NCBI GenBank assembly: GCA_964431395.1
Contig: CAYSJP010000003.1
Span: 1 to 28,495 of the forward strand
Direction of reading: 5' to 3'
Length of the DNA: 28,495 bases
Source: an uncultured Halobacteriales archaeon
Lineage (GTDB): Archaea > Halobacteriota > Halobacteria > Halobacteriales > Hikarchaeaceae
Under the pieces are notes generated by a model. The model had not been told where the DNA came from. It worked only from the letters and a program-made list of their open reading frames with translations, and did no database searches. Of the stretch, positions 17,203 through 26,425 are shown one piece after another. Position 1 is the stretch's first letter. Every line of letters begins with the position of its first letter. Made by a program: the position numbers and the translations under genes.

Positions 17203-18786
17203 ATGGTCGAGATCACCGTTTATTTTGATTTCGTCGCGCTGGTCGGGTTCCTCGTTGCCGCGGGGATCGGGATTCGAAGTTACATGGACGCCGACCTCGA
17301 GGAGGGCTTTTGGGGGGCCTTCACTTTCGCGTCGGTGCTCGGTGCCGCGTGGACGGGATCGGTCCTCCTGGAGTGGCTAGGAGTCGCCCCGGCGTGGACC
17401 GATCCGATGAGCCGTATTCTGATGTCGGCCACCATCGGCGTGTTCGCGCTCACGACGACCGGGACGCTGGGCGCCGTCGAGGATCTCAAGAGCGCGCGAG
17501 CCGAGGCCGAGTCCTCGCGACGCGACGCCGAGTCCTCGCGACGCGACGCCGAACAGGCCCGCGACGAGGCTCAGTCGGCCCGCGAGGAGTCCGAGCAACT
17601 CAGGCAGGACATAGAGAGGAAAGCCGGGACGTACGGCGACGTGATGTCGCGTGCGGCCGAGGGCGATCTCACCGTTCGCGTCGATCCGGACGGCCGGAGT
17701 GAGGCCATGGTCCGGATCGGCGAATCGTTCAACACGATGATGGACGACCTCGAGGCGACGCTCCGTCAGATCCGGTCGTTCGCCGACGATGTCGCTGCCA
17801 ACACCGAGCAGGTGTCTGCGAGCGCCAAGGAGATTCAGACTGCCAGCGGGGACGTCGCCGAGTCGACACAGGAGATCTCGGCCGGGTCAAACGACGCGAA
17901 CGAACAGCTGCGCCGCGTCACGAACGAGATGCAGACCCTCTCGGGGAGCATCGAGGAGGTCGCCGCCTCCGCCAATCAGATGGCCGAGGTGTCGGAACAG
18001 GCGGCAACACGAGGCCAGCGCGGCAGCGAGTACGCCAGCCAGGCCCTCTCAGAGATGAATCGAATCGAGACACGGACCGACGGGACGGTCGATGAGGTGG
18101 AGTCGCTGGCCGACGAAATCGAGCAGGTGGGCGACATCGTCGACGTGATCAACGATATTGCCGAGCAAACGAACATGCTCGCGTTGAACGCCTCGATCGA
18201 GGCTGCTCGTGCGGGCGAGGCCGGCGAAGGGTTCGCGGTCGTCGCTGACGAGGTCAAATCCCTCGCGGAGGAGGCGGCCGATGCGACCACCGAAATCGAA
18301 TCACTCATCGTCGACATCCAGTCCTCCACGGACCGAACGGTCGAGGACATCCGGTCGATGGGCGAGAGCGTCTCGACCGGCCTCGGGACCGTCGAGGAGG
18401 CACTCGACGAACTCGAGGGGATCGCGAGCGACATCGATGAGGTCAATCAGGGGGTCCAAGAGATCGACAAGGCGGCCGACGAGCAGGCCTCTTCCACCGA
18501 GGAAGTCGTCACGATGGTCGAAACGGTCGAGGACATAAGCGAACGGACAAGCCAGGAGGCAAGCAGCGTTTCGGCCGCCGCGGAGGAACAGACCTCCTCG
18601 CTGTCGGAGGTCACGGACAGCGTCCAGCGGCTCTCCGAACAGGCCGACGAACTCCAGGGGCTCATTGAGGCGTTCCGCCTCGACGACGAGGACGCCATCA
18701 CTCCCGGTGCCGGCGGAGCCGCGACCGCCATGCCGGCACAGGCTGACGGCGGTTTCGACCTCGATACCGAGGATACGCCCGAGTGA
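17203..18786 (+). CDS. Methyl-accepting chemotaxis protein (halobacterial transducer, Htr): 3-TM N-terminus, HAMP, signalling domain
   Basis: GDLTVRVD...[12 protein letters not shown]; [38 protein letters not shown] signalling hairpin; ATG 17203 preferred over GTG 17194. Confidence 0.93.
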   Translation: MVEITVYFDFVALVGFLVAAGIGIRSYMDADLEEGFWGAFTFASVLGAAWTGSVLLEWLGVAPAWTDPMSRILMSATIGVFALTTTGTLGAVEDLKSARAEAESSRRDAESSRRDAEQARDEAQSAREESEQLRQDIERKAGTYGDVMSRAAEGDLTVRVDPDGRSEAMVRIGESFNTMMDDLEATLRQIRSFADDVAANTEQVSASAKEIQTASGDVAESTQEISAGSNDANEQLRRVTNEMQTLSGSIEEVAASANQMAEVSEQAATRGQRGSEYASQALSEMNRIETRTDGTVDEVESLADEIEQVGDIVDVINDIAEQTNMLALNASIEAARAGEAGEGFAVVADEVKSLAEEAADATTEIESLIVDIQSSTDRTVEDIRSMGESVSTGLGTVEEALDELEGIASDIDEVNQGVQEIDKAADEQASSTEEVVTMVETVEDISERTSQEASSVSAAAEEQTSSLSEVTDSVQRLSEQADELQGLIEAFRLDDEDAITPGAGGAATAMPAQADGGFDLDTEDTPE

Positions 18787-18815
18787 TCACCACGCCGAGT
18801 GAGACGCCTGCGCGA

Positions 18816-19748
18816 TCACCGTCGGAGCCGGACGACGGTCTCGCCGCCCCGTTGGACGCGCTCGACCAGTCCGTCGTCCACGAGGTCGGAGACGACACCG
18901 TCGAGCCATTCCCGACCGTTCTCACCGCCAGGGGCGTAGTCGACGCGGACGCGCGGTCCCAGATCGTCGAGCGCCAGTTCGTCGTGGCCATCGAGAGCCC
19001 GAATCACCCGGCCCCGGAACTGCCGGCGGCTCCCCTCGAAGTCGGGCTGGTCGGGCACGTCGGGCGCGGTGAAATCGCCGGTCCGGTAGGCGTGACACCA
19101 CTCCCGCCAGGGGCAGGGCTCGGCGTCACACCGGGGTTGCTTCCCGCAGGCGACGCCGCCGAGTTCCATGACCGCGTTGTTCCAGGCGCGCGATTGCCCC
19201 TCGGGCAGCAGGGCGTTCGCGACGCGTTCGAAGGCCTCGTCGTCGTCCGGGACGTCCAGCGCGCGGTACAGCACGCGTTTCACGTTCGTGTCGACGACCG
19301 CGTCGCCGCTGTTGAAGGCGAAGCTCGCGACCGCGTTGGCGGTGTATGGGCCGACGCCCATCAGCTCCTGTAGCCCGTCGGGGTCCTCGGGGAACTCGCC
19401 GCCGTACTCCTCGACGATCCGTCCGGCGGCCTCCTTGAGGTACTTCGCGCGGTTGTTGTAGCCCAGCGAGTGGTCCGTCCAGAACCCCACCACGTCGGCG
19501 CGGTCGGCACCGGCGAGATCCTCGACCGTGGGCCACCGATCCAGAAACGCCTCCCAGGCGTCGACGACGCGGTCCAGCTGGGTCTGCTGGCTCATCACCT
19601 CCGAGACGAGGATCGCGTAGGGGTCGGTCGTCTCCCGCCAGGGAAAGGATCGGTGATCGGCCTCGTACCACGCGATCAGCGCCTCCCGGAACGCGTCGGC
19701 GTCCCCGGGGAGGTGCTCCGTGCCGACGTCGCGGCCGCCGTCACTCAT
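18816..19748 (-). CDS. mutY: A/G-specific adenine glycosylase (HhH-GPD)
   Basis: FPWRETTDPYAILVSEVMSQQTQ, HhH LMGVGPYTA, VVDTNVKRV, and a four-Cys cluster motif; start re-called at ATG 19748. Confidence 0.9.
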   Translation of the reverse strand: MSDGGRDVGTEHLPGDADAFREALIAWYEADHRSFPWRETTDPYAILVSEVMSQQTQLDRVVDAWEAFLDRWPTVEDLAGADRADVVGFWTDHSLGYNNRAKYLKEAAGRIVEEYGGEFPEDPDGLQELMGVGPYTANAVASFAFNSGDAVVDTNVKRVLYRALDVPDDDEAFERVANALLPEGQSRAWNNAVMELGGVACGKQPRCDAEPCPWREWCHAYRTGDFTAPDVPDQPDFEGSRRQFRGRVIRALDGHDELALDDLGPRVRVDYAPGGENGREWLDGVVSDLVDDGLVERVQRGGETVVRLRR

Positions 19749-19873
19749 CGAGCCCTGGTAGCGCTCCCGATCGCTTGTGGTTGGCGGTCCGTGATCGGTG
19801 ACCGGCACTGACCGGTCCCCACCCGGGTTCGGGACCGTAGCTTTATGCGCGGTGACGACCGCAGTTCGTGGTG

Positions 19874-21328
19874 ATGGATCCGCCGGTTCCGGCCCTCGCC
19901 TCGCGGGCGAACGCGTGTGCCGAGCACCTCCTCGCTCGGGAGGAGGTCCTCGTCGTCTCCCACATCGACGCGGACGGCCTCACGAGCGCGGCGATCGCCA
20001 CGCGTGCGCTACAGCGGGTCGGCCTCGGCGTGGAGACGGCGTTCTCGAACCAGCTCGACGACGACGAAGTCGCCCGCGTCGCCGCGACGGACCACGAGAC
20101 GGTGCTGTTCACCGACTTCGGGAGCGGCCAGCTCGAGGCGATCCGGAACCACGAGGACCGGGGTGCGTTCACGCCGGTGATCGCCGACCACCACCAGCCC
20201 GCCGACGCGGACACGGAGTACCATCTGAACCCCCTGCTCGAGGGGATCGACGGCGCCTCCGAACTCTCGGGTGCGGGCGCCGCGTACGTCCTCGCCCGGG
20301 CCCTCGGTGAACGCGCGGGACCCGGGATGAGCAGTGGGCGCACCGACACCGAGGGCGGCACCGACATGCGCGATCTCGCCGCGCTGGCCGTCGTGGGCGC
20401 GGTCGGGGACATGCAGGCGAGCGGCGGCGAACTGGTCGGCGCGAACACCGGGATCGCCGAAGAGGGCGTCGCGGCGGGCGTCCTCCGGACGGGAAAGGAC
20501 CTGACGCTGTACGGCAAGCAGACCCGGCCGCTCCCGAAACTGCTGGAGTACGCGAGCGACCTCGACGTCCCGGGCATCACCAACGACGAGGCGGGGGCCG
20601 TCTCCTTTCTGGACGGCCTCGGTCTCGACCTCGAGCGCGAGGGCGAGTGGCGTACCTGGGCGGATCTCGACGCCGGGGAGCGCCGGACGCTCGTGAGCGC
20701 GCTCATCAGGCGTGCCGTGAAACGCGGCGTGCCGGCCGACCGCATCGACGGCCTGATCGGGACCGCCTACGAGCTCACGGAGGAGCCGGAGGGAACGGAA
20801 CTCCGGGACGCCAGCGAGTTCTCGACGCTGCTCAACGCGACGGCGCGCTACGACCGCCCCGACGTCGGCCTCGGCGTCTGTCTCGGGAACCGCGAGGAGG
20901 CGCTCGACCGCGCACGCCGTTTGCTTCGGAACCACCGGCGCAACCTCTCGGAGGGACTGCAGTTCGTCCGTGAGCGCGGCGTCACCCGCGAGGACAACAT
21001 CCAGTGGTTCGACGCGGGAACGGAGATCCGGGAGACGATCGTCGGCATCGTCGCCGGGATGGCGGTCGGCGTCGACGGCGTCGATCCGGACCGGCCGATC
21101 GTCGCCTTCGCGGAGAAGGACGAGGAGGGCCTGAAAGTGTCCGCCCGTGGTTCGCCGACGCTCGTCCGCCGCGGGCTCGATCTCTCGGTCGTGATGGGCG
21201 AGTCCGCGGCCGCCGTCGACGGCGAGGGGGGCGGCCACGACGTCGCCGCCGGCGCGACGATCCCGGAGGGCTCCGAGCGTGCGTTCCTCGACCGCGCCGA
21301 CGCGATCGTGGGCGGACAACTCGGGTGA
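19874..21328 (+). CDS. recJ: DHH/DHHA1 phosphoesterase, RecJ/GAN (Cdc45-like) nuclease
   Basis: Intact SHIDADG, TDFGS, ADHH and GGGHDVAAGA motifs; CTTTAT about -30 from ATG 19874. Confidence 0.88.
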   Translation: MDPPVPALASRANACAEHLLAREEVLVVSHIDADGLTSAAIATRALQRVGLGVETAFSNQLDDDEVARVAATDHETVLFTDFGSGQLEAIRNHEDRGAFTPVIADHHQPADADTEYHLNPLLEGIDGASELSGAGAAYVLARALGERAGPGMSSGRTDTEGGTDMRDLAALAVVGAVGDMQASGGELVGANTGIAEEGVAAGVLRTGKDLTLYGKQTRPLPKLLEYASDLDVPGITNDEAGAVSFLDGLGLDLEREGEWRTWADLDAGERRTLVSALIRRAVKRGVPADRIDGLIGTAYELTEEPEGTELRDASEFSTLLNATARYDRPDVGLGVCLGNREEALDRARRLLRNHRRNLSEGLQFVRERGVTREDNIQWFDAGTEIRETIVGIVAGMAVGVDGVDPDRPIVAFAEKDEEGLKVSARGSPTLVRRGLDLSVVMGESAAAVDGEGGGHDVAAGATIPEGSERAFLDRADAIVGGQLG

Positions 21329-21350
21329 GTCGCATCGCTCCCCCGGGAGT

Positions 21351-22103
21351 TCACCGTGACGCGCCGATCAGTCCCGCGGCCTCCGCCAGCGCGCCGTCGA
21401 CCCCGACCGGATCGTCCGGCGTGGACTCCCACGCGTGCTCGTGGACCAGCCACGCGCCGCCCCCGGCCGCGTGAGCCTCAACGCAGGCAGCGAGGTCGAG
21501 GTCCCCGTTACCCAGGGGGACGCGATCGTCCGTCTCCCCGTCGTGATCCGTGGGGTGAAACAGCGGCGCACGGTCGTCCAGCCGCTCCCGCAGGCGGACT
21601 GGATCCAGTCCGGCCGCGAGGACGCTCGCGGCGTCGAGGTCGAACCCGACGTGCTCGGTTAGCTCGATCAGGTACTCGTACGCCGTCCGTCCCCCGACGT
21701 CGGTGAACTCGTACCCCCGGCCGTGGTAGTGGACCGAGACGCCGTAGCCCCGGAGGGCCACGGCGAGTCCGTCGAGGCGCTGTGCAGCGGTCTCGACGGC
21801 GCGCTCCGTCTCGAAGCGCTCGGGCGGGATGCCCGGCACGACGAACCGCTCACAGCCCAGGCCGCGGTAGAACCCCAGCGTCGCCTCCGTGTCCTCGCCC
21901 AGCTGGTGGATGCTCACGTGTGCGCCGACCGCCGACAGGCCGGTCTCCGCCATCGCCGACCTGATTCCGTGGACGTCCGCCTCCTCCGTACCGGGGGCGA
22001 ACTCGACGCCCTCGAACCCGGCTGCCGCGGCGCGCTCGATGAGGTCCGCGAGCGGGCGGTCGAAATCGGGCGCGGGAGGCAACTGGACGGCGGGTCGGAC
22101 CAT
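21351..22103 (-). CDS. Sugar phosphate isomerase/epimerase (xylose-isomerase-like TIM barrel)
   Basis: AAAGFEGVEF, GLSAVGAHV and LGNGDLDL resemble the IolE/AP-endonuclease-2 family. Confidence 0.75.
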   Translation of the reverse strand: MVRPAVQLPPAPDFDRPLADLIERAAAAGFEGVEFAPGTEEADVHGIRSAMAETGLSAVGAHVSIHQLGEDTEATLGFYRGLGCERFVVPGIPPERFETERAVETAAQRLDGLAVALRGYGVSVHYHGRGYEFTDVGGRTAYEYLIELTEHVGFDLDAASVLAAGLDPVRLRERLDDRAPLFHPTDHDGETDDRVPLGNGDLDLAACVEAHAAGGGAWLVHEHAWESTPDDPVGVDGALAEAAGLIGASR

Positions 22104-22183
22104 GCAGGTGGGAACGACGGGACGAGCAAGTGGGTTTCGTTCCGGGGGTGGCGCTTACCGGTACACGGCGAGGGCAGTCGTCA

Positions 22184-24178
22184 TCAGTCGCCGTGGATCT
22201 GATCGCGGATCTCCTCCGGAACGCTGGGGTCACGCAGCGTCGTCGTGTCGCCGAGGTCGTCGTCGTTGGAGATGTTCTCCAGCAGCCGGCGCATGATCTT
22301 ACCCGACCGGGTCTTGGGCAGGTCGTCGGCGAAGATCACGTTCGCCGGCCGGGCGAAGGCGCCGATCTCGTCCTCGACGGCCTCGATCACCTTCCCGCGC
22401 ACCGCCTCGCTCTCCTCGACGCCCTCACGGACCGTGACGTAGGCATCGGGCACCGCCCCCTTCTGGGCGTCCTCGCGGGCGGCGACCGCAGCCTCGGCGA
22501 CCTCCTCGACCTCGGCGACCGCCGACTCGAGTTCCATCGTCCCCAGACGGTGTCCGGCGACGTTCATCACGTCGTCCAGCCGGCCCAGCACCCTGAAGTA
22601 GCCGTCGCGCTCGTGGACCGCGCCGTCGCCCGCCTCGTACACCCAGTCGGTCCAGTCGTCGCTCCCCGTGTCCGAGAAGCGCTTCCAGTACTCCTCGATG
22701 AACCGCTCGTCGTTGCCGTAGACGGTCTGGAGCATCCCGGGCCAGGGGCGCTCGATGACGAGGTTGCCGGCACGCCCGCTCGCCGCCTCGACGGGATTCC
22801 CGTTGTCGTCGTAGATCGCCGGCTGGATGCCGGGACAGGGCTTTCCGGCGGAGCCGGGCTTCATGTCCTCGAGGGCGGGCAGGTTCGTGATGAGGTGGCC
22901 GCCGGTCTCGGTCTGCCACCACGTGTCGACGATGACGGCGTCGCCGTCGCCGATGTGGTCGTAGTACCACAGCCACGCTTCGGGCTGGATCGGCTCGCCG
23001 ACGGTCGTCATGTGCCGGAAGTCGAAGTCGTAGGACGCGGGAATGTCCTCGCCCCACTTCATGAACATCCGGACGGCCGTGGGGGAGGTGTGGAAGACGT
23101 CGACGTCGTACTTCTCGGCGATCTCCCAGATGCGTCCCTTGTGGGGGTGGTCCGGCGTCCCCTCGTACATCACGCTCGTGGTCCCCAGTGCGAGGGGACC
23201 GTAGACGATGTAGGAGTGGCCGGTGATCCACCCGATGTCGGCGGCACACCAGTAGGTGTCTTCGGGCTCGATGTCGAGTACGTACTTCGAGGTGCCCGTC
23301 GCGTACGCCAGATACCCCCCGGTGCGGTGCTGACACCCCTTTGGCTTGCCCGTCGTGCCGGAGGTGTACATGAGAAAGAGGGGGTCCTCGGCGTCACGGG
23401 AGACTGGGTCCACGCGTGCGCGCTCGTTGTTCGCGAGCAACTCCGACACGAGAACGTCCCGACCCTCGACGAGGTCGGCCTCCTCGTGCAACTCGCCCTC
23501 GTGTCGTTCCCAGACCAGCAGCGTGTCGACGTCGGTGTCCGCCTCCTCGAGTGCCTCGTCGGCCTTCTGTTTGTGATCCAGGAACTCGCCGCGCCGGTAG
23601 TAGCCGTCGACCGTGACCACGACGTCAGAATCTGCGGCGTCGACGCGCTGGGCGAGCGCGCTCGCGGAGAAGCCCGCGAACACCTCCGAGTGTGGCGCGC
23701 CGATGCGCGCACACGCGAGCATCGTGATCGGCAGCGCGGGGAGCATCGGGAGGTGCAGCGTCACGACGTCGTCCTCCTCGACCCCGACGTCCCGGAGGGC
23801 GGCAGCCATCTGGTTGACCTGCCGGTAGAGGTCCCGGTACGTGATGTTGCGCTGATCGCCGCCCTCGCCCTCCCAGAGCAGGGCGACCTGGTTCTTTCGC
23901 TCCTCGAGATGACGGTCGATGCAGTTGTACGACGCGTTCAGTTCGCCGCCGACGAACCACTCGAAGAACGGGGGATCCGAGCCGTCGAACGTCTCGTCCC
24001 AGTGGTCGTCCCAGTCGAGCAGTTCGGCGTACTCCTCGAACCCCTCCGGGAAATCGGCAAAGCGGTCGTACACGTCCGGATCGCTCACGTTCGCCTGACC
24101 GACGAACTCCGTCGGTGGCCGGAAGTACTCCTGTTCGGACAGCCGCGACTCGATCTCAGGATCTCCTTGCTCTGACAT
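22184..24178 (-). CDS. acs: Acetate--CoA ligase (AMP-forming acetyl-CoA synthetase)
   Basis: YTSGTTGKPKG, DIGWITGHSY, DTWWQTETG, GRLDDVMNVAGHRLG and LPKTRSGKIMRR; GAGGTG SD upstream. Confidence 0.96.
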   Translation of the reverse strand: MSEQGDPEIESRLSEQEYFRPPTEFVGQANVSDPDVYDRFADFPEGFEEYAELLDWDDHWDETFDGSDPPFFEWFVGGELNASYNCIDRHLEERKNQVALLWEGEGGDQRNITYRDLYRQVNQMAAALRDVGVEEDDVVTLHLPMLPALPITMLACARIGAPHSEVFAGFSASALAQRVDAADSDVVVTVDGYYRRGEFLDHKQKADEALEEADTDVDTLLVWERHEGELHEEADLVEGRDVLVSELLANNERARVDPVSRDAEDPLFLMYTSGTTGKPKGCQHRTGGYLAYATGTSKYVLDIEPEDTYWCAADIGWITGHSYIVYGPLALGTTSVMYEGTPDHPHKGRIWEIAEKYDVDVFHTSPTAVRMFMKWGEDIPASYDFDFRHMTTVGEPIQPEAWLWYYDHIGDGDAVIVDTWWQTETGGHLITNLPALEDMKPGSAGKPCPGIQPAIYDDNGNPVEAASGRAGNLVIERPWPGMLQTVYGNDERFIEEYWKRFSDTGSDDWTDWVYEAGDGAVHERDGYFRVLGRLDDVMNVAGHRLGTMELESAVAEVEEVAEAAVAAREDAQKGAVPDAYVTVREGVEESEAVRGKVIEAVEDEIGAFARPANVIFADDLPKTRSGKIMRRLLENISNDDDLGDTTTLRDPSVPEEIRDQIHGD

Positions 24179-24336
24179 CGTTTACACCTCGTGTATGACG
24201 GGGTAGCGGTTCCTAATAATGGTTGGTGGCGTTTAGGGGGTCGACCCGCCGACTACGGCGGGACCCCACGAATCCACGAACGAAATCGAACAGTTATAAG
24301 CATGCGCGCTCCGAGATGCGGACGAGGCCACACTGC

Positions 24337-24759
24337 ATGGCAGCGATCGAAAGCACCCTCCTGATGGGGGGCGTCCTGCTCGTGATAATCGTCGCGACCG
24401 GTTTAGCCAGGGACTGGGAACGGAGTCCCGCCACGGACAGGGACCAGGCCGCGTCCCTGGTCGACGTCTTCCGGAGCCCGATCACGTGGACCGTCGGGTT
24501 CGTCGCACTGGCGCTACTGCTCGCGGTCGGCGCGATCGCCTTCGTCGGCGGCTCGAACGTCCTCGGAATCGGACGGAACGCCGGCGAACTGATCCTGATG
24601 GGGGTGTTCGGGGCCCTCATGGCCGGCTTCGTGTTCGCCGGACTGTACGCAACGGCCCGAAACAGGGGGCTGAAAGGCGCACAGGCCGCGGGCCTCGGCT
24701 CGATCATCCTCGGTCTCCTCGTCGTCGTTGGCATCTCGTTACAGCTGCTGTTGTTGTGA
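24337..24759 (+). CDS. Hypothetical membrane protein (about 4 TM)
   Basis: Hydrophobic ORF; CGAAA..TTATAAG BRE/TATA at 24281-24300; start re-called at 24337. Confidence 0.7.
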   Translation: MAAIESTLLMGGVLLVIIVATGLARDWERSPATDRDQAASLVDVFRSPITWTVGFVALALLLAVGAIAFVGGSNVLGIGRNAGELILMGVFGALMAGFVFAGLYATARNRGLKGAQAAGLGSIILGLLVVVGISLQLLLL

Positions 24760-25653
24760 GGACTCCACGCGCCGGACGGCGTCCTTTTCGGGAGCGCCGA
24801 ACGTTTCGGGATCGAGCACGGCCGCGAACTGCTCGAGCGTGTTCACGAGCCGCGGCCCGGGGCGGTTGACGTGGTGGTGGCCGTCCATGGCGTACACCTC
24901 GCCCTCCCGGGCGGCAGCGAGTTCCCCGAACCCCTCCCGTTCGATCAGCTCGTCGACGTGTTCGAGCGTCCGGTCCAGCGGGAACCCGCAGGGCGCGGCG
25001 ATCAGCACCTCCGGGTCGTACGAAAGCAACGTCTCGAACTCCCGGGGCCGGGATCGCTCGCCCGGATCGGCCATCCCGTAGGCGCCGCCGGCAGTCTCGA
25101 TCATGCCCGGGACCCAGTGGCCCGCGACCATCACGGGGTCCATCCAGTCGGCGACGACCACGCGACGTCCGGTCGTGGTGGCGCGCTCGCGCACCCCCCG
25201 GATCCGCGCCTCGAGGTCCGCGACCAGTTCCCGGGCCCGTTTTTCCGTGCCCGTTCGCTCGCCGATCCGGCGGACGTCCGCGAGCACGTCCGGGAGGCCG
25301 TGTGGGTGGGTCGTCAGTATCTCGGCGTCCAATCCCAGGTCGTCGATGGCCGTCCGCACGAGCCTGTCGTCGACCGCACAGACGTCACAGACCCCCTGCG
25401 TGACGATCAGGTCCGGATCGGCCTCCCCGAGAACGCCCTCGCGGAGTTCGTAGACCCCGCCCTCCGCCTCCGCACTCGCGACCTGCTGATTTATTTTCTC
25501 GCTCGCCGCGTCCGGGTCGACACGGCTCCGGTTGGCTGCCGGCTTCCCGCGGGCCGCCGGCGGGTAGTCACACTCGTGTGATACGGCGACGGGATCGACG
25601 CCGAGTGCGTACAGGATCTCGGTCGCCGAGGGGAGAAGCGAGACCACGCGCAT
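24739..25653 (-). CDS. BtuF-like cobalamin-binding / periplasmic-binding-fold protein without signal peptide
   Basis: MRVVSLLPSATEIL, VSHECDYP, TQGVCDVCAV, WMDPVMVAGHWVP and NRPGPRL; start re-called at 25653. Confidence 0.82.
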   Translation of the reverse strand: MRVVSLLPSATEILYALGVDPVAVSHECDYPPAARGKPAANRSRVDPDAASEKINQQVASAEAEGGVYELREGVLGEADPDLIVTQGVCDVCAVDDRLVRTAIDDLGLDAEILTTHPHGLPDVLADVRRIGERTGTEKRARELVADLEARIRGVRERATTTGRRVVVADWMDPVMVAGHWVPGMIETAGGAYGMADPGERSRPREFETLLSYDPEVLIAAPCGFPLDRTLEHVDELIEREGFGELAAAREGEVYAMDGHHHVNRPGPRLVNTLEQFAAVLDPETFGAPEKDAVRRVESSQQQQL

Positions 25654-25774
25654 GACCGAGGATGGGACCCCGGCTCCCAAATGTCTGCCGGAGGTGCGGG
25701 CGTATCTCCGCCGTGCCCGCCTCGTAGCTCCCGAGGCGAATGAATTATAGGCGCGGTGGGACGAGCGTCAGTAA

Positions 25775-26146
25775 ATGCGGAACATCGGGGTGGACGACTC
25801 GCCGGACCTCCAGACGGTCCTCGACGCGCTCGACGACCCCGACTGTCGAACGATCGTGAAACGGCTCACGGAACCCATGACCGCGAACGAGATTTCGGAG
25901 ACGACCGGCGTGCCGCTGTCGACCACCTACCGGAAACTCGACCTGCTGACTGAGGCGTCGATCCTCGAGGAACGCACGGAGATCAGGGAGGGTGGCCACC
26001 ACACGACGAAATACGTCCTCGATTTCGAGGCCGTCCGGATCGGCCTCGCAAAGGACCGGGAGTTCGAGGTGTCGATCACCCGCCCCGCACGCTCCGCGGA
26101 CGAACAGCTCTCGGAACTATGGTCGGAAGTTCGCAAGGAGACCTGA
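25775..26146 (+). CDS. Winged-helix (ArsR-like) transcriptional regulator
   Basis: VLDALDDPDCRTI...MTANEISETTGVPLSTTYRKLDLL helix-turn-helix. Confidence 0.88.
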   Translation: MRNIGVDDSPDLQTVLDALDDPDCRTIVKRLTEPMTANEISETTGVPLSTTYRKLDLLTEASILEERTEIREGGHHTTKYVLDFEAVRIGLAKDREFEVSITRPARSADEQLSELWSEVRKET

Positions 26147-26147
26147 C

Positions 26148-26420
26148 ATGCCACACTTCAACTTCGTCGTCCTGTTCAAGACGATCACCCTCCTGTTGGG
26201 GGCACTGATCACGTACTTCGCCTACAGCGCGTACCGCCGGACCGACGCGAGGGCGCTCGGCGCGCTCTCCGTCGGATTCGGGATCGTGACGGTCGGTGCA
26301 CTCCTCGCGGGGGTCGTCGATCAGGCACTCGGAGCCGCCCAGAAAAACGCTCTCCTGCTCGAGAGTTCGCTCACGATGGTCGGGTTCGCGGTCATCCTCT
26401 ACTCGCTGTACGCCGAGTAG
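26148..26420 (+). CDS. Small 3-TM membrane protein (DUF7521-like) coupled to the wHTH gene
   Basis: ATG 1 nt after the HTH stop with AGGAG upstream; KTITLLLGALITYFAYSAYRRT. The family name is from recall only. Confidence 0.78.
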   Translation: MPHFNFVVLFKTITLLLGALITYFAYSAYRRTDARALGALSVGFGIVTVGALLAGVVDQALGAAQKNALLLESSLTMVGFAVILYSLYAE

Positions 26421-26425
26421 GCGGA

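Noticed and set aside
22130-24175. 681-aa ORF antisense to acs (likewise 8568-10499, 1550-2800, 12507-13616, 13993-15393, 20009-21319)
   Set aside because: Shadow ORFs expected opposite high-GC genes; no motifs, and fully overlapped by well-supported genes.
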